DNA of 56,068 nt from Nemertoderma westbladi (Eukaryota; Animalia; Xenacoelomorpha). The position numbers were made by a program, and so were the translations under genes. Under the pieces are notes generated by a model, which was given only the letters and a program-made list of their open reading frames with translations, ran no database searches and was not told the DNA's origin. This document shows positions 11,379-22,356 of this stretch, in pieces. Position 1 is the first letter of the stretch. Each line of letters begins with the position of its first letter. The stretch is taken from NCBI GenBank assembly GCA_032718475.1, contig JAUCBJ010005170.1, positions 1 to 56,068 on the forward strand. Reading direction: 5' to 3'.

Positions 11379-14300
11379 ATGTCTGACACTCAGCAGAACC
11401 TGTCAGACAGTCTAATCGATACAACCATCTATGACACAGATAGGAGTGTGGAGCGTTTAAGAAAGGAGTTCAGCTCACCTCCTACTGAAAGAAAAGTCAT
11501 CCCTCCAGTAGTGATATCGGACCCTAAGCTAATCCAACACCGTAGGTCCATCATCGGCACTCGGGCCCAAGTCAAACGGAACCAGGAAGCAGCTGTCCCA
11601 CAGCAGCAACAGCCTAGTCAAGAAATTTGTTCCCAGCGATCCGATAGCTCCAGTAGTTCGGATACTGTCGAACTGACCCCCAAACGCGGATTGCAGATGA
11701 CGGCTAAAGCCTACTCGGACCCCCTTCTCACCCTTCCTGCCGCAGTGCTAACAACTATATCGATTGCGGTGGAGGAACATCAAGCAGATTGGGCGAGAAA
11801 TAAGCGAGCGACCCAAGATGATTATGCGGGATACGCCAGGGAAGAATTGATGTCTATTGTCGAGTCACAATGGAACTTTCCCGGACCCGGACTCCCGTTA
11901 GATCTGTCAGAGGCTACTTGGGAAGATATACACAGGATGGGAGTGGCTAAAGATACAATGGATCCAGCTGTTTGGAAGAGGTCGGCAGCAGGATATGTGC
12001 AGGGATTCTTCGGCTCCTTAGAGAGATTAGAAGAACAACTGTTTCGACAACCCCAAGGACCTCAAGAGCAGGAAGAACTGCTATATCAAGTACGCGAAAG
12101 AACCCTACGCATTCGACTAATCCTATCAGCTTTTGAGGAAACTTCTAAAAGAAGACAGGACACGTCGCTGCAGGTTGCTGTCAAAACTTGGTTCCAGCGG
12201 GTAGGTCTCCAAGTACAAGAAACAAACCAGTGGAAATCCCAGCTGTCTGAGAGACTAACTTATGAAGAACCAACCGATGCCACCCTTTCTCAAGTGGAAG
12301 GCGAAGAGACCTCAGAGAAACCACGAACGAGAGACGCCATAGACATTTATCTGTCCGACTATCAGCGATTCCTAGGAGACGAAGAGTTGAGACGGCTGTC
12401 TGGACTTTCCCCCAATAGTGAAGGAACCCAGCGTGTGTTAGATTCAATCGATGCTGAAATGTTAGCTGCTAACCAAGCAGAATTTGATGAAAAACTCCGC
12501 CTCGCTAGAGTCCAAGAAGAACAGGTAAAGAAAAGGCGGATAGAGGACAAAAAGGCAGTAGCAGTGGCGAAAGCGGCAGCGTCAGTGGAAGAGGCAAAGG
12601 CAGCAGCGGCAGTGGAAGAGGCAAAGGCAGTAGCATCGGCGAAAGCTGCAGCGACAGTAGAAGCAGCCAAAGCAGCAGCAGCAATAGCATTGGCAGACGC
12701 AGAACAGAGAGCGTCTGAAGAGACTACCCAACTGGAGTTGGAAAATCTGCAAGAGACGCAAGACAACACAAATAAACAGTTAACTGCTAGTCACATGCAG
12801 ATGATGAGAAAATCTACTCCCAAACGGATGGGATATACGTCATCGGAGGAAAGTGAAACCACCGATCCTGAAGGCGGAGGAAATAAATCTCGTCTAAGCC
12901 GGCGTAGAAAAACATCTTACCGTCACAAATTGCCTGATTTGCCCCCAGCTGTTAAGAGACAACTAGCTAGCACCGACTTAAGTAGAATAGAACCTACAGA
13001 CCAAATTATTAAGGTCAAAAAACTCCCTACTATAGTTGATGAGCCTGAAATAATTAGGCCTGTCGTTCCCAAAGTCACACCTGTGCTAGAGACCCCTGTA
13101 CTTCCAGAGCTTAACTCTAAGTTCCCTTTACACAGTACTACACTGCCTGTACCCGGTAGAACAGTCCATGAGAATATTCCTGTCCTGGAAGCTGAGAGAG
13201 AAATCAAAGATTTGTCTCCCGTCGTCCCACGTCAGCCCGCTACAATGTTGGCGACTCCCGCTTCGGTGGTCGAGTGGGTAGAGGAGGGACGGCGGGGGAT
13301 GAATCTCCTGCTCGGACAGATGCAGGAGACTGTCCACCAACTTAAGGGAACAGTAAGGGAAGGTAGGGCCGAATTGCAAGAAGTGCAGCAAAGTATCGCG
13401 CTAGAACGCGACAAATTAATCAATATCCAAAAGGGGATACCAATACCCCCTGTAACATTGTGTCAACCTGTTAGGTCTGAAGTATTACATGCGCAAGGTG
13501 TGGAGCCTACACGCATCTATACTGCTAGTGAAGTAGAAACTCCTATAACAAACCCTATTAAGGGTGATTATAGACCTGTTATTAATGATATCCCTTATAG
13601 ACCTGACAATGATCCGAGAAATTTATATACCGATAATTCGATATTAAATAATACGATGGCCCAAGAAAGCTTTACGCGTCAGATGGCTAGAACAGAAGCC
13701 CGCCAAGCGGTCAAAGTGGGAGAGATCGTCAAATTCAATGGAGATGAGATGAAATGGTTACCTTTCAACGAATATTACAAAGATAGCATACAAAACTCTG
13801 TACTATCTAACGGAGAGAAACTTAGGTTCCTCATCAAGTGCTTGGAAGGACCTCCCAGGTTAATGGCGTTGAAGTTTATTGGACATCCAGAAGGATTAAG
13901 ACAAGTATGGGATACATTAAACATCAGGTATGGTAACAAAGATAACATAGCTAAGTATTTGTATGCAAAATTAGTAGCCCCCCGACACTTCCTTAGTAGC
14001 GGGATTATAGAGTTTTCCGATGAGATTCAAGAGATCTGTAGACAATTGGACTGGTTAGGTAAGTCGCATGAATATCAGAGTTCCATGGTTATTGGAGCCG
14101 TAGTCTCTACTTTACCAAAGGGTGGAGTATGTACACGCTGGGACAAGAAAGTGTTGTACATGAATGAACAACAACGACGAAGTCCTACCATGGCTGATCT
14201 CATGTCCTTCCTAGATGGTGAAGTAAAACTACAACTCATCAAGCAGTCCAGAGAGAAAACATCGGAAAATAAGGTAAGTGAGAAACCCGCTTCTAGGAGA

Positions 14301-16841
14301 AGAGTAACACCGGTGTGTTACACTGACGACGGCGAAAGCCAAGTTTCTCAAGAAGAGGACAGCGGGAAAGACACTGAGAAATCTTACTACGTCGACAAAA
14401 CCTCAAAAGATGTAAGTAAATACAAGGCTCGGAACAACGATAGGAGAGAACAGGTTGCCAAGACCCCCCCTCAGTCTCCTAACAGAATGCACCGAAGAAA
14501 ACCCGAAGAAAAAACGAGAGTGCATCAAGTTACCCAAGGTAAGGTGAGTAACATAAAACCTAACTGTGTGCTGTGCGACGGGACCCACCGTTTGAGTGCG
14601 TGTGCTGAATTTCTAAAGAAATCCCTTGTAGACAGACGTGCAGTTGTGTGGGACAAGCGGTTATGCTATAATTGCCTCAGACCAGGACACCAACGGCGAA
14701 CCTGTTACTCCGACATAAAGTGTGCAAAGTGTGGCGCGAAACATCACATCTTGTTACACAGTGAGTTCGAACGAGACAAACAGAGTCAGGTAAGTGAGCC
14801 CGAACTACATGTCCAATTCAGTGATGTAAATGACACTGATCAGGTGTCTGAGATGGAAGGATTCTATACTGACGAATTCTCCGACGCCAACGAATCCTGT
14901 TATCTAATCAATACCGCAGTGTATCGAGCACTTACTTATGAAAAGGACACCAACAATGAGTTTCCCCCAACTACTTTTACCAAACAACCATCTTGGAAAG
15001 CTCCAACTTCCAACGTAGGAATCAGAGAATTTCCTGTAGTGCAGGTAAGAGTTCACGGTCTTAACAAAAGTTACATAGTGAACACCCTCCTTGACTCCGG
15101 CAGCACAGGAACATTCATCGATCAAGAATTAGCCGAAGATATCTTTGCTGGACAACCCAAATTCCGGACTAAATTGAATATGTCAGGAATTATGCAGGTT
15201 TGGAAATCTACCTTAACGGCAGATTACTATGTAGGTGTGTTGTCCACCCCCCAGGATAAGTTAGGAGCACAAGGTATAAGGTCGTTAAAAATGGTGGCTA
15301 TAAAGAACTTCGCTACTACTCAAGCAGACCTTTATAATTGGGACGAGGATGAGAGCATCCAACATCTTAAGATACCTCGATTCCAGACAGATTATCCTGG
15401 AGTGCAAATACTCATCGGCCAAAACGCGCATGAAGCGCTCGAAACATTGGAGAAACGGCCTGCTCAACCACAGCCACTGCAAACCTATGCAGTAAGAACT
15501 AGAGTAGGTTGGTACTTTACTGGCCCTTCCCGCAGGACTCTCGAAGAGAGAATGCCACAAGATCAAACATACCAAGTACACGATTGGGAAGTGGAGAGCA
15601 GTGAGGTGGACGAACTAACTGAGGGAACACCATACTCCTCAGATAATGACAACATCTACCAACTCTTCGATGAAGAGAACACAATCGACCTACTTACAGA
15701 AAACCAAACTTGGAAAAGTCAGGTGAACCTATGTCAACTGATTCACCCATCGGAACCCATCGCTTACAATGACGAACTAAACGATGAGATAGAGCGCTGC
15801 AACGCTAGAACTCGGGACGAACTAGCCGTACGATTCTTTACTCAGGAACTGGTAGAGCCCAATTCATATGATAAGGCTCTATCGATAGAAGAAGAAAGAG
15901 CCAAGCAAATCCAGGAAACAACCACACGTTTTTTAAAGGACCAAGGTAGGTATGAAATCGGCCTACCATTTCGAAAACGAGAACCTAGATTTATAAATAA
16001 CAGACCCTTGGCGGAGAAAAGAATCGCTCAATTACATCGACGACTTACAGCTAATGCTTCAGCGAAAGAAATGTACCAAACTCAGCTGAAGAAATTTATA
16101 ACAAAGGGATACGCGGAGAGAGTACCGGAAGGAACACCAGTGACTGAGAGAACGTATTATTTAACACATCATTACGTTCCCAAACCCGGTAAACCCCATG
16201 AAGTACGAGTCGTATTTGATGGCTCTGCTCTATATATGGGCCAATCCCTCAATTCCGAGTTGTTACCAGGACCCAACTTACTCCAATCTTTGTTGGGAAT
16301 ACTATTAAGATTAAGACAATATTCCATCGCGTTCGCCTCCGATATCGAAGGAATGTTCTTACAAGTCAAGGCGCTGGATCGAGATAGAGACAGCCTGAGA
16401 TTTCTGTGGTGGCCTGAAGGAGACCTCAATCAGAAACCGGTAGAATATTGGATGACCATCCAGGCTTTTGGAATCATATCAAGCCCTTCCAACGCCTGCT
16501 CCGTGGTGCGAACCACTGCGAATGACAACCGAGACTCCTTCTCAAAAGAGGTGATAGACAACATAAAACGCAATATATACATGGACGACAATTTAAGGTC
16601 CCTTCCATCAGTAGAAGAAGCCATAGCTGTCGCGAAAGGAACGGTAGAGTGTTTGAAAAGAGGTGGATTTCGACTGACGAAATTCACTAGTAACTCCCGT
16701 GAGTTTCTGGAAGCCATACCGATAGAAGATCGCGGAGCGAAAGACCTGGATTTAATAAAGGACGATCTTCCTGAAACCAAGACGCTTGGCTTGAAGTGGG
16801 ACACTGAAAGAGACATCCTGTTTTTTCAGTTAAAACAGTGA
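11379..16841 (+). CDS. BEL/Pao gag-pol polyprotein, part 1 (long N-terminal extension, Gag, three Cys/His knuckles, protease, RT)
   Basis: Pao Gag core KFNGDEMKWLPF...EKLRFLIKCLEG; knuckles CVLCDGTHRLSAC, CYNCLRPGHQRRTC, CAKCGAKHHILLH; protease LLDSGSTGTFI; RT VRVVFDGS, LLPGPNL, SDIEGMFLQV, YMDD. Confidence 0.95.
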   Translation: MSDTQQNLSDSLIDTTIYDTDRSVERLRKEFSSPPTERKVIPPVVISDPKLIQHRRSIIGTRAQVKRNQEAAVPQQQQPSQEICSQRSDSSSSSDTVELTPKRGLQMTAKAYSDPLLTLPAAVLTTISIAVEEHQADWARNKRATQDDYAGYAREELMSIVESQWNFPGPGLPLDLSEATWEDIHRMGVAKDTMDPAVWKRSAAGYVQGFFGSLERLEEQLFRQPQGPQEQEELLYQVRERTLRIRLILSAFEETSKRRQDTSLQVAVKTWFQRVGLQVQETNQWKSQLSERLTYEEPTDATLSQVEGEETSEKPRTRDAIDIYLSDYQRFLGDEELRRLSGLSPNSEGTQRVLDSIDAEMLAANQAEFDEKLRLARVQEEQVKKRRIEDKKAVAVAKAAASVEEAKAAAAVEEAKAVASAKAAATVEAAKAAAAIALADAEQRASEETTQLELENLQETQDNTNKQLTASHMQMMRKSTPKRMGYTSSEESETTDPEGGGNKSRLSRRRKTSYRHKLPDLPPAVKRQLASTDLSRIEPTDQIIKVKKLPTIVDEPEIIRPVVPKVTPVLETPVLPELNSKFPLHSTTLPVPGRTVHENIPVLEAEREIKDLSPVVPRQPATMLATPASVVEWVEEGRRGMNLLLGQMQETVHQLKGTVREGRAELQEVQQSIALERDKLINIQKGIPIPPVTLCQPVRSEVLHAQGVEPTRIYTASEVETPITNPIKGDYRPVINDIPYRPDNDPRNLYTDNSILNNTMAQESFTRQMARTEARQAVKVGEIVKFNGDEMKWLPFNEYYKDSIQNSVLSNGEKLRFLIKCLEGPPRLMALKFIGHPEGLRQVWDTLNIRYGNKDNIAKYLYAKLVAPRHFLSSGIIEFSDEIQEICRQLDWLGKSHEYQSSMVIGAVVSTLPKGGVCTRWDKKVLYMNEQQRRSPTMADLMSFLDGEVKLQLIKQSREKTSENKVSEKPASRRRVTPVCYTDDGESQVSQEEDSGKDTEKSYYVDKTSKDVSKYKARNNDRREQVAKTPPQSPNRMHRRKPEEKTRVHQVTQGKVSNIKPNCVLCDGTHRLSACAEFLKKSLVDRRAVVWDKRLCYNCLRPGHQRRTCYSDIKCAKCGAKHHILLHSEFERDKQSQVSEPELHVQFSDVNDTDQVSEMEGFYTDEFSDANESCYLINTAVYRALTYEKDTNNEFPPTTFTKQPSWKAPTSNVGIREFPVVQVRVHGLNKSYIVNTLLDSGSTGTFIDQELAEDIFAGQPKFRTKLNMSGIMQVWKSTLTADYYVGVLSTPQDKLGAQGIRSLKMVAIKNFATTQADLYNWDEDESIQHLKIPRFQTDYPGVQILIGQNAHEALETLEKRPAQPQPLQTYAVRTRVGWYFTGPSRRTLEERMPQDQTYQVHDWEVESSEVDELTEGTPYSSDNDNIYQLFDEENTIDLLTENQTWKSQVNLCQLIHPSEPIAYNDELNDEIERCNARTRDELAVRFFTQELVEPNSYDKALSIEEERAKQIQETTTRFLKDQGRYEIGLPFRKREPRFINNRPLAEKRIAQLHRRLTANASAKEMYQTQLKKFITKGYAERVPEGTPVTERTYYLTHHYVPKPGKPHEVRVVFDGSALYMGQSLNSELLPGPNLLQSLLGILLRLRQYSIAFASDIEGMFLQVKALDRDRDSLRFLWWPEGDLNQKPVEYWMTIQAFGIISSPSNACSVVRTTANDNRDSFSKEVIDNIKRNIYMDDNLRSLPSVEEAIAVAKGTVECLKRGGFRLTKFTSNSREFLEAIPIEDRGAKDLDLIKDDLPETKTLGLKWDTERDILFFQLKQ

Positions 16842-19463
16842 GATAATCCAGTTCGGACCAAACGGATTTGTTTAAGTATCCTGAGCACTTATTTCGACCC
16901 ATTGGGATTTATTAGCCCAGTTATATTGATTGCTCGGAGTTTAGTACAACAAATGTGGCTTGAAAACCACTCATGGGACGATCCGCTTAAAGGGGAATTG
17001 TTAAAGAAATGGATGAAATGGGAAGATTCTCTACCTGCCATCGAGAACTTTATAATTTCCCGTGCATATTTTGGTCATGTTCTTCCTACGTATTCCTATC
17101 AACTCCATGTGTTCGGAGACGCCAGCGACATGGGAATAGGTATAGTAGCATATCTGCGAGTCGAAACTCCGGATGGAATCAAAGTCGCCTTGGTTACCTC
17201 TAAGGCATTGATTAACAACAAGTTAAAGGTTCCTCGAGCGGAGTTAAAGGCGGCTTTATACGCTACAGCCATCGGCCGGAACATAACGGAACAAATCGAC
17301 TATCCACTGGAGAAAACGGTTTATTGGACCGACGCTTTACTCGTGTTAGAGTATCTCACCAATGAAGTCTGTCAGTTTAGCGTTTTTGTTACTAACCGAG
17401 TAGCTATTATTCTTAGTCGCACAAAGATAGATCAATGGAGACATTGCCCTGGTACGATTAATCCAGCCGATATCGCCTCCAGGGGAGTAACTCCACAGGA
17501 ACTGATAGATACTCCAGATTGGTTGGGTGGACCCGACTTCCTGTGCAAGGAAGAGGATGAATGGCCTCCTCACCTTACTACGGCAGAGATTAGACAAGCC
17601 AAGGGAGCGGAGACAGTCAAACCTAAAACCCGGGCGAGTAAATCGAAGTTATTTAAACCGACTATCGATCTATCCGTATTACACACTTCCGGGAATGATG
17701 CTTCGGATCCACAATCCCTCAACACAAATAAGTCTGTTGTGGAAATTAGAGATAAAGATTGGAAATCTGGAATACCAGACGTCTCGCAAGGAATCTCACC
17801 CATGCTGCAGAGAGCAATGCATCATTACAGTTCCTGGAATCGGCTCTGTAAAGCCGTCACATATTTAAGACGATGTTTTCATCATCACTACTCCAGGACG
17901 AAGACCACTGGTGATCACGTTCCATTGACATCTGCACAAGTTCATGTTATTAAGAATTTACCCAAATATAAGATATCTGATCGTTTTCTAAAAGAGAAAA
18001 TTAGTCACCAGGAGCATGAAGAAACAAATAAACAGATACTGAGACTCCTGCAATGCTATGAGGATTCCGAAAAGTACTTCCTGTTGTTGAGAAATCCACA
18101 GATGCGCTTAAGGGATCGATTCTCGAGCACAATGATAGATGGGTTAATACGTGTTGGAGGAAGACTCACCAACGCGCCCTTATCCTTTGACACCAAATTC
18201 CCCATACTTATTAGGAATCTTGAAGTACAAATCAAGATGATTGTAGACGTTCACGGTAAACTTTATCATGCTGGTAGAGAACGAATTCTTAGCGAAATTC
18301 GAACTCGCTATTATTTTGATAAACCCCGTAGAGCTCTGAACCAAGTTCTTAGGAACTGCATACCCTGTAGGAAAGCATTCAGTAGGCCTTTAACACAGCG
18401 AGAGGCAGAATTACCTAGGGAACGAGTAAGCTTCTATGAACCACCTTTTACTAATACTGGTGTAGATTTATTTGGCCCTATTGAAGTATATCGTGCGAGG
18501 ACTATAGTCAAGAGATGGTGTGTCATCTTCGTGTGCATGACTTGTAGAGCCATTCATCTCGATATGGTGAACGATCTATCTACTAACAGCTTCGTCTTAA
18601 GTTTACGACGACAGATCGCTCGCTTCGGGACGAGTAATACCATGAGATCGGATAAAGGAACGAACTTCATAGGTGCCAACAACGAGATACAAGCTTACGT
18701 GAAGGACTGGAACCAAAGACAGGTGGACGACCAGCTAAAGATAACAGCGTCTAGCTGGACCTTCAACGCTGCCGACGCCCCTTGGTGGGGAGGAAGTTGG
18801 GAGAGATTAATTCGAAGTGTCAAAACCGCATTTCACTTTATAGTGCCATGCCGCGCGTATCTCACCGACGAACTTTTGCGGACGTTAATGGAGGAAATCG
18901 CTGCCTATCTCAACGAGAGACCGCTTATGCCAGTCTCATCGAGTCCCGATTCCCTGGAAGCGCTAACACCCGCGCACTTCCTACTGAAGAAACCTGTAGC
19001 CATGCTCCCACGATCGGAGATTGCCGACGGAGACGAATACTGCCGTCGAACTTGGCAACTTATGCAGTTGCTATCCCGTCGTTTCGCTGACCATTTCGAG
19101 AAACATTATCTGCCCACGCTACAACTTCGAACTAAGTGGTTTGCGCAGCAAGAAAACGTCAGCACCGGAGATATGGTGCTTATTGTAGATCCCGACCTCC
19201 CACGTAAACGGTGGCAGACAGGTCGTATCATCGAGACACACATTTCAGATGATGGTTTAGTACGCTCAGTAGAACTCATCGTCATGCGGCGTAACTTCAA
19301 GAAGCCAGGCATCATCTTTGAGACGCAACAACTCAATCGCCCAGTTGGTCGTTTATGTTTACTGGAAAGAGACAGAGAACTCTCCGGGAACTATGGAAGG
19401 CAAGACACTCTTCCCACGACCACCTCCCTAATTCCTCAAACATCTAGGGACTCCCTAACGTGA
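16842..19463 (+). CDS. BEL/Pao pol, part 2 (connection, RNase H, integrase), same frame as part 1 after one TGA
   Basis: Reading continues in frame as DNPVRTKRICLSILSTYFDPLGFISP. RNase H HVFGDASD; integrase H..H/C..C, GVDLFGP, SDKGTNF, WERLIRSVK; Pao C-terminal LQLRTKW...GDMVLI. Confidence 0.93.
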   Translation, partial: DNPVRTKRICLSILSTYFDPLGFISPVILIARSLVQQMWLENHSWDDPLKGELLKKWMKWEDSLPAIENFIISRAYFGHVLPTYSYQLHVFGDASDMGIGIVAYLRVETPDGIKVALVTSKALINNKLKVPRAELKAALYATAIGRNITEQIDYPLEKTVYWTDALLVLEYLTNEVCQFSVFVTNRVAIILSRTKIDQWRHCPGTINPADIASRGVTPQELIDTPDWLGGPDFLCKEEDEWPPHLTTAEIRQAKGAETVKPKTRASKSKLFKPTIDLSVLHTSGNDASDPQSLNTNKSVVEIRDKDWKSGIPDVSQGISPMLQRAMHHYSSWNRLCKAVTYLRRCFHHHYSRTKTTGDHVPLTSAQVHVIKNLPKYKISDRFLKEKISHQEHEETNKQILRLLQCYEDSEKYFLLLRNPQMRLRDRFSSTMIDGLIRVGGRLTNAPLSFDTKFPILIRNLEVQIKMIVDVHGKLYHAGRERILSEIRTRYYFDKPRRALNQVLRNCIPCRKAFSRPLTQREAELPRERVSFYEPPFTNTGVDLFGPIEVYRARTIVKRWCVIFVCMTCRAIHLDMVNDLSTNSFVLSLRRQIARFGTSNTMRSDKGTNFIGANNEIQAYVKDWNQRQVDDQLKITASSWTFNAADAPWWGGSWERLIRSVKTAFHFIVPCRAYLTDELLRTLMEEIAAYLNERPLMPVSSSPDSLEALTPAHFLLKKPVAMLPRSEIADGDEYCRRTWQLMQLLSRRFADHFEKHYLPTLQLRTKWFAQQENVSTGDMVLIVDPDLPRKRWQTGRIIETHISDDGLVRSVELIVMRRNFKKPGIIFETQQLNRPVGRLCLLERDRELSGNYGRQDTLPTTTSLIPQTSRDSLT

Positions 19464-20004
19464 TACGTCTGGAGTGGGTGTATGACTATATTGTTTTATC
19501 TATTTTGTTATATTTTTATATGCGAACTTTATTATGTACTTTATTATAATCGTTTTTATTCAATTTTATTTAGTAGAATGTTATTTTAGTGATTATTTAG
19601 TAGATTAGTGCAATATATTAGTGTTTATTACGTACGTAATTACTTATAATATATATTTAGTGCGACGGCGAGAAATAATTTTTTCTCTTTCCTTACTGTC
19701 CGTATCATATTATAAATACGTGACTACAGTAAGATGAAATGTCCGTACTTCTTAAAGTACAATAAAGCCACTACTATATTCAAGTATTATCGGTAGGCAG
19801 AGTATTAGGAATGCAAAGTTCAGATCCTCGTGTCTCGGCTAAGCCAAGCTCTGGGTAGACCTTGGAAACGACTTGCCTCTTCACACTGACATTGCTTCGT
19901 GCGATATTGCTCTTCTACCTTAGATTAAGTAATACATATAGTAGAGTGATGTCCCTATAACAGTAGCGTAAAACGCAAATAAATCTGTTAAACCTTTTGA
20001 CCAT

Positions 20005-20290
20005 CTGTAATTCTAGTCGATTAAGATATCGCGGCACCCACCGATATACTTGAAAGACAAATTCTGGAATCAGTGGTTAACATCCCCAGACAAGTTCTGG
20101 AATAAATCGGTGCCCATCTTAAATATTAATTTAATATTTATTAAAATCTGTAAAATTCAGATCCGTTAACAATTCTAGTCGATTAAGATATCGTAGCACT
20201 TCCCGATACTCTTAAAAGACAAATTTCATAGAATTAAGGATCCTATGTCCCCAGACCTGCTCTGGAATCAAATTGTGTCAATTTTAACAT
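20005..20290 (+). repeat. ~162-bp direct duplication in the element's 3' extra region
   Basis: AATTCTAGTCGATTAAGATATCG...AAAGACAAATT at ~20009 and ~20171. Confidence 0.7.
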
Positions 20291-21086
20291 CAAATAATAA
20301 AATTCACGGGAATAAATTTAAATTCATATTTTTAAATGAATTTCATAAATTGTCATTTTGTACAATTTATAACATTCCCAAAATTCCATTAATTAATAGA
20401 TCATGGGAGCGGAGATTCATCCTATTGAGTGTATCAGAGTGCGAGAATCTCCAACATATAGTCAATAGCCGATAAAATTAGCAAAATCATGCATAAAGAG
20501 GATATTGACAATTAAAGAATTATTATTAAATAGCATCCCAGATCTGTATGCATGAGAATTACCCTAATTCTACCGCTAGCATTCCATAATGTCACCATAG
20601 CAACACCCACGCTAGAATTAGAAGCAAGTTAAAAGAACAATAGAAAGCTTGTCCCATTGCATAGCATAGAGAACATAGCACACTGTTAGTATCCAAGGAT
20701 ACACAGTAATAAAGTGACATTCTGGAAGGCACTGACTAACGGACAAATGGCCTGTGTGTGTGCAGTTGTTGACAGTTGTGTGGAATTTGTGCGTTTATAG
20801 GTGAATGTTACTGCTAAGGTATGTTTACAGTAGCTAGTCGCAATTGTAAAAATAGCCCAACTCTACTATAGAAAGAACCTAAGTGGATCCAAGCCTTTGG
20901 GACGGACAGTGGAGTGACTTGTGCCGGTTATCGTTGTCGTGCTGTTGCTACATGTTGGCGTAAACACCGCGACGACGGTACATCGGCGCTGAGAATCCCA
21001 CTGTCTGGGGGCAAAGATAAGTAGGCAGCGACGCCCGCTCGCCTAAATACAAACTTATTTGATATTAATAAACTCAGATAGCAGAT

Positions 21087-21464
21087 ATGACGGAGTTGAT
21101 AGAAGATGATCTTGGTATTAGGGAGCGATATACTCTACCTTTGCAAGCATTTGTGGATAGCTTAATACGCGGTGAAGCCGATCCAACCATTACGGAGGAC
21201 GATGGTCGTTATATCGAACCGCCGATGTCCCAAGAGCAACTTGCGCGTGAATTGGACTATCGAAAATTCACCACTCGCTATACGAATCGTAATGGTACGT
21301 ATATGGACTTCCTAACGACCGGCGACCCTATCGATTTACATGATACGGACGATGTAGATACAGAAAGGGAAATGGTTCTATTTAAATATCATACCCAGCA
21401 GAGTCGTAACGATAAACCGAGAATAGAACGCGAGAATTCTATTCGAAAACAACTCGAAAGATAG
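21087..21464 (+). CDS. Hypothetical 125-aa acidic/charged ORF inside the BEL/Pao element
   Basis: ATG-initiated, protein-like composition, preceded by an AT-rich tract ending in CAG (possible splice acceptor). No recognised domain. Confidence 0.4.
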   Translation: MTELIEDDLGIRERYTLPLQAFVDSLIRGEADPTITEDDGRYIEPPMSQEQLARELDYRKFTTRYTNRNGTYMDFLTTGDPIDLHDTDDVDTEREMVLFKYHTQQSRNDKPRIERENSIRKQLER

Positions 21465-22356
21465 AACGTGGAAGAAAACTTGTAAAGACAAATAGAGGAG
21501 AACACTGGAGAAGAGACATGGGTTAATGTCTAGGGTCCATGATGTGAATAGTTTTTCCCCGGGGCACGGGTGCTCGCGGGCGGTCTCCTTCGGGAGGCTG
21601 TAATTTCTCTTCCTTCATCGTTTTCCTGTAATTATTGTGATCAGTATCACAATTAAAGGGCAAGAATGAATGATGATGTGACGGAAACATGTCCATTGTG
21701 GTATCTTATGGATACTATCATATATCCTCCCTCCTCTTTACTCCCTTTATCCCTCTGTACATCGCTATCGAAAATATAGCATACTTCGTCCCACCTTCTC
21801 TTCCCAATGTGCTCGGAGCTTTGGGAGACGATCGACCAATCATTGCCGTATCGTGGTATGGATCATACCGCCTCCTAATAAATCCCCCACCCCTTACTGT
21901 TTATTTGTATGCTCATATTGGTGTCCGCACCTCTCGTCCATGTCACATTCCACATTCTGTTGATATTTATGATATCAACTTCCACCCTTGCGTTGTTGAT
22001 TAGAAAATCAACCACCAATAATTTCCTTAAGTCCGCAACCGTGATACAAACAAGGACTGAAAGGACACGAGGATAGTTTGTGAACAACTGGTACCATTGT
22101 GTGTCATAAATCTGGTTGTTCACCTCCCTCAATGATTGGAGAAATAAATCTTCTGTAGAACAACTGAGACAAACATATCCTTGAACTGGTATTTACCTCC
22201 TCGCTAGGGATAAATTCATTTAGAGATAGTCTTCGAATGATTGAATCCTCCTACTGAGATCGTATTTCTGAATATTTCTGAATACGACACAGGCCTTCCC
22301 CTGCTCTCTACCACTACCACCAATGGCGGAAAACATATTAGTCATCCTACAGGAAC

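Noticed and set aside
16902-19463. Independent gene starting at the TTG called by the ORF track
   Set aside because: It is the in-frame continuation of gag-pol; conserved residues begin upstream of that codon.
21689-22132. 104-aa plus-strand and 85-aa minus-strand ORFs in the cargo region
   Set aside because: Short, no motifs, and I could not extend them into a coherent frame on either strand.
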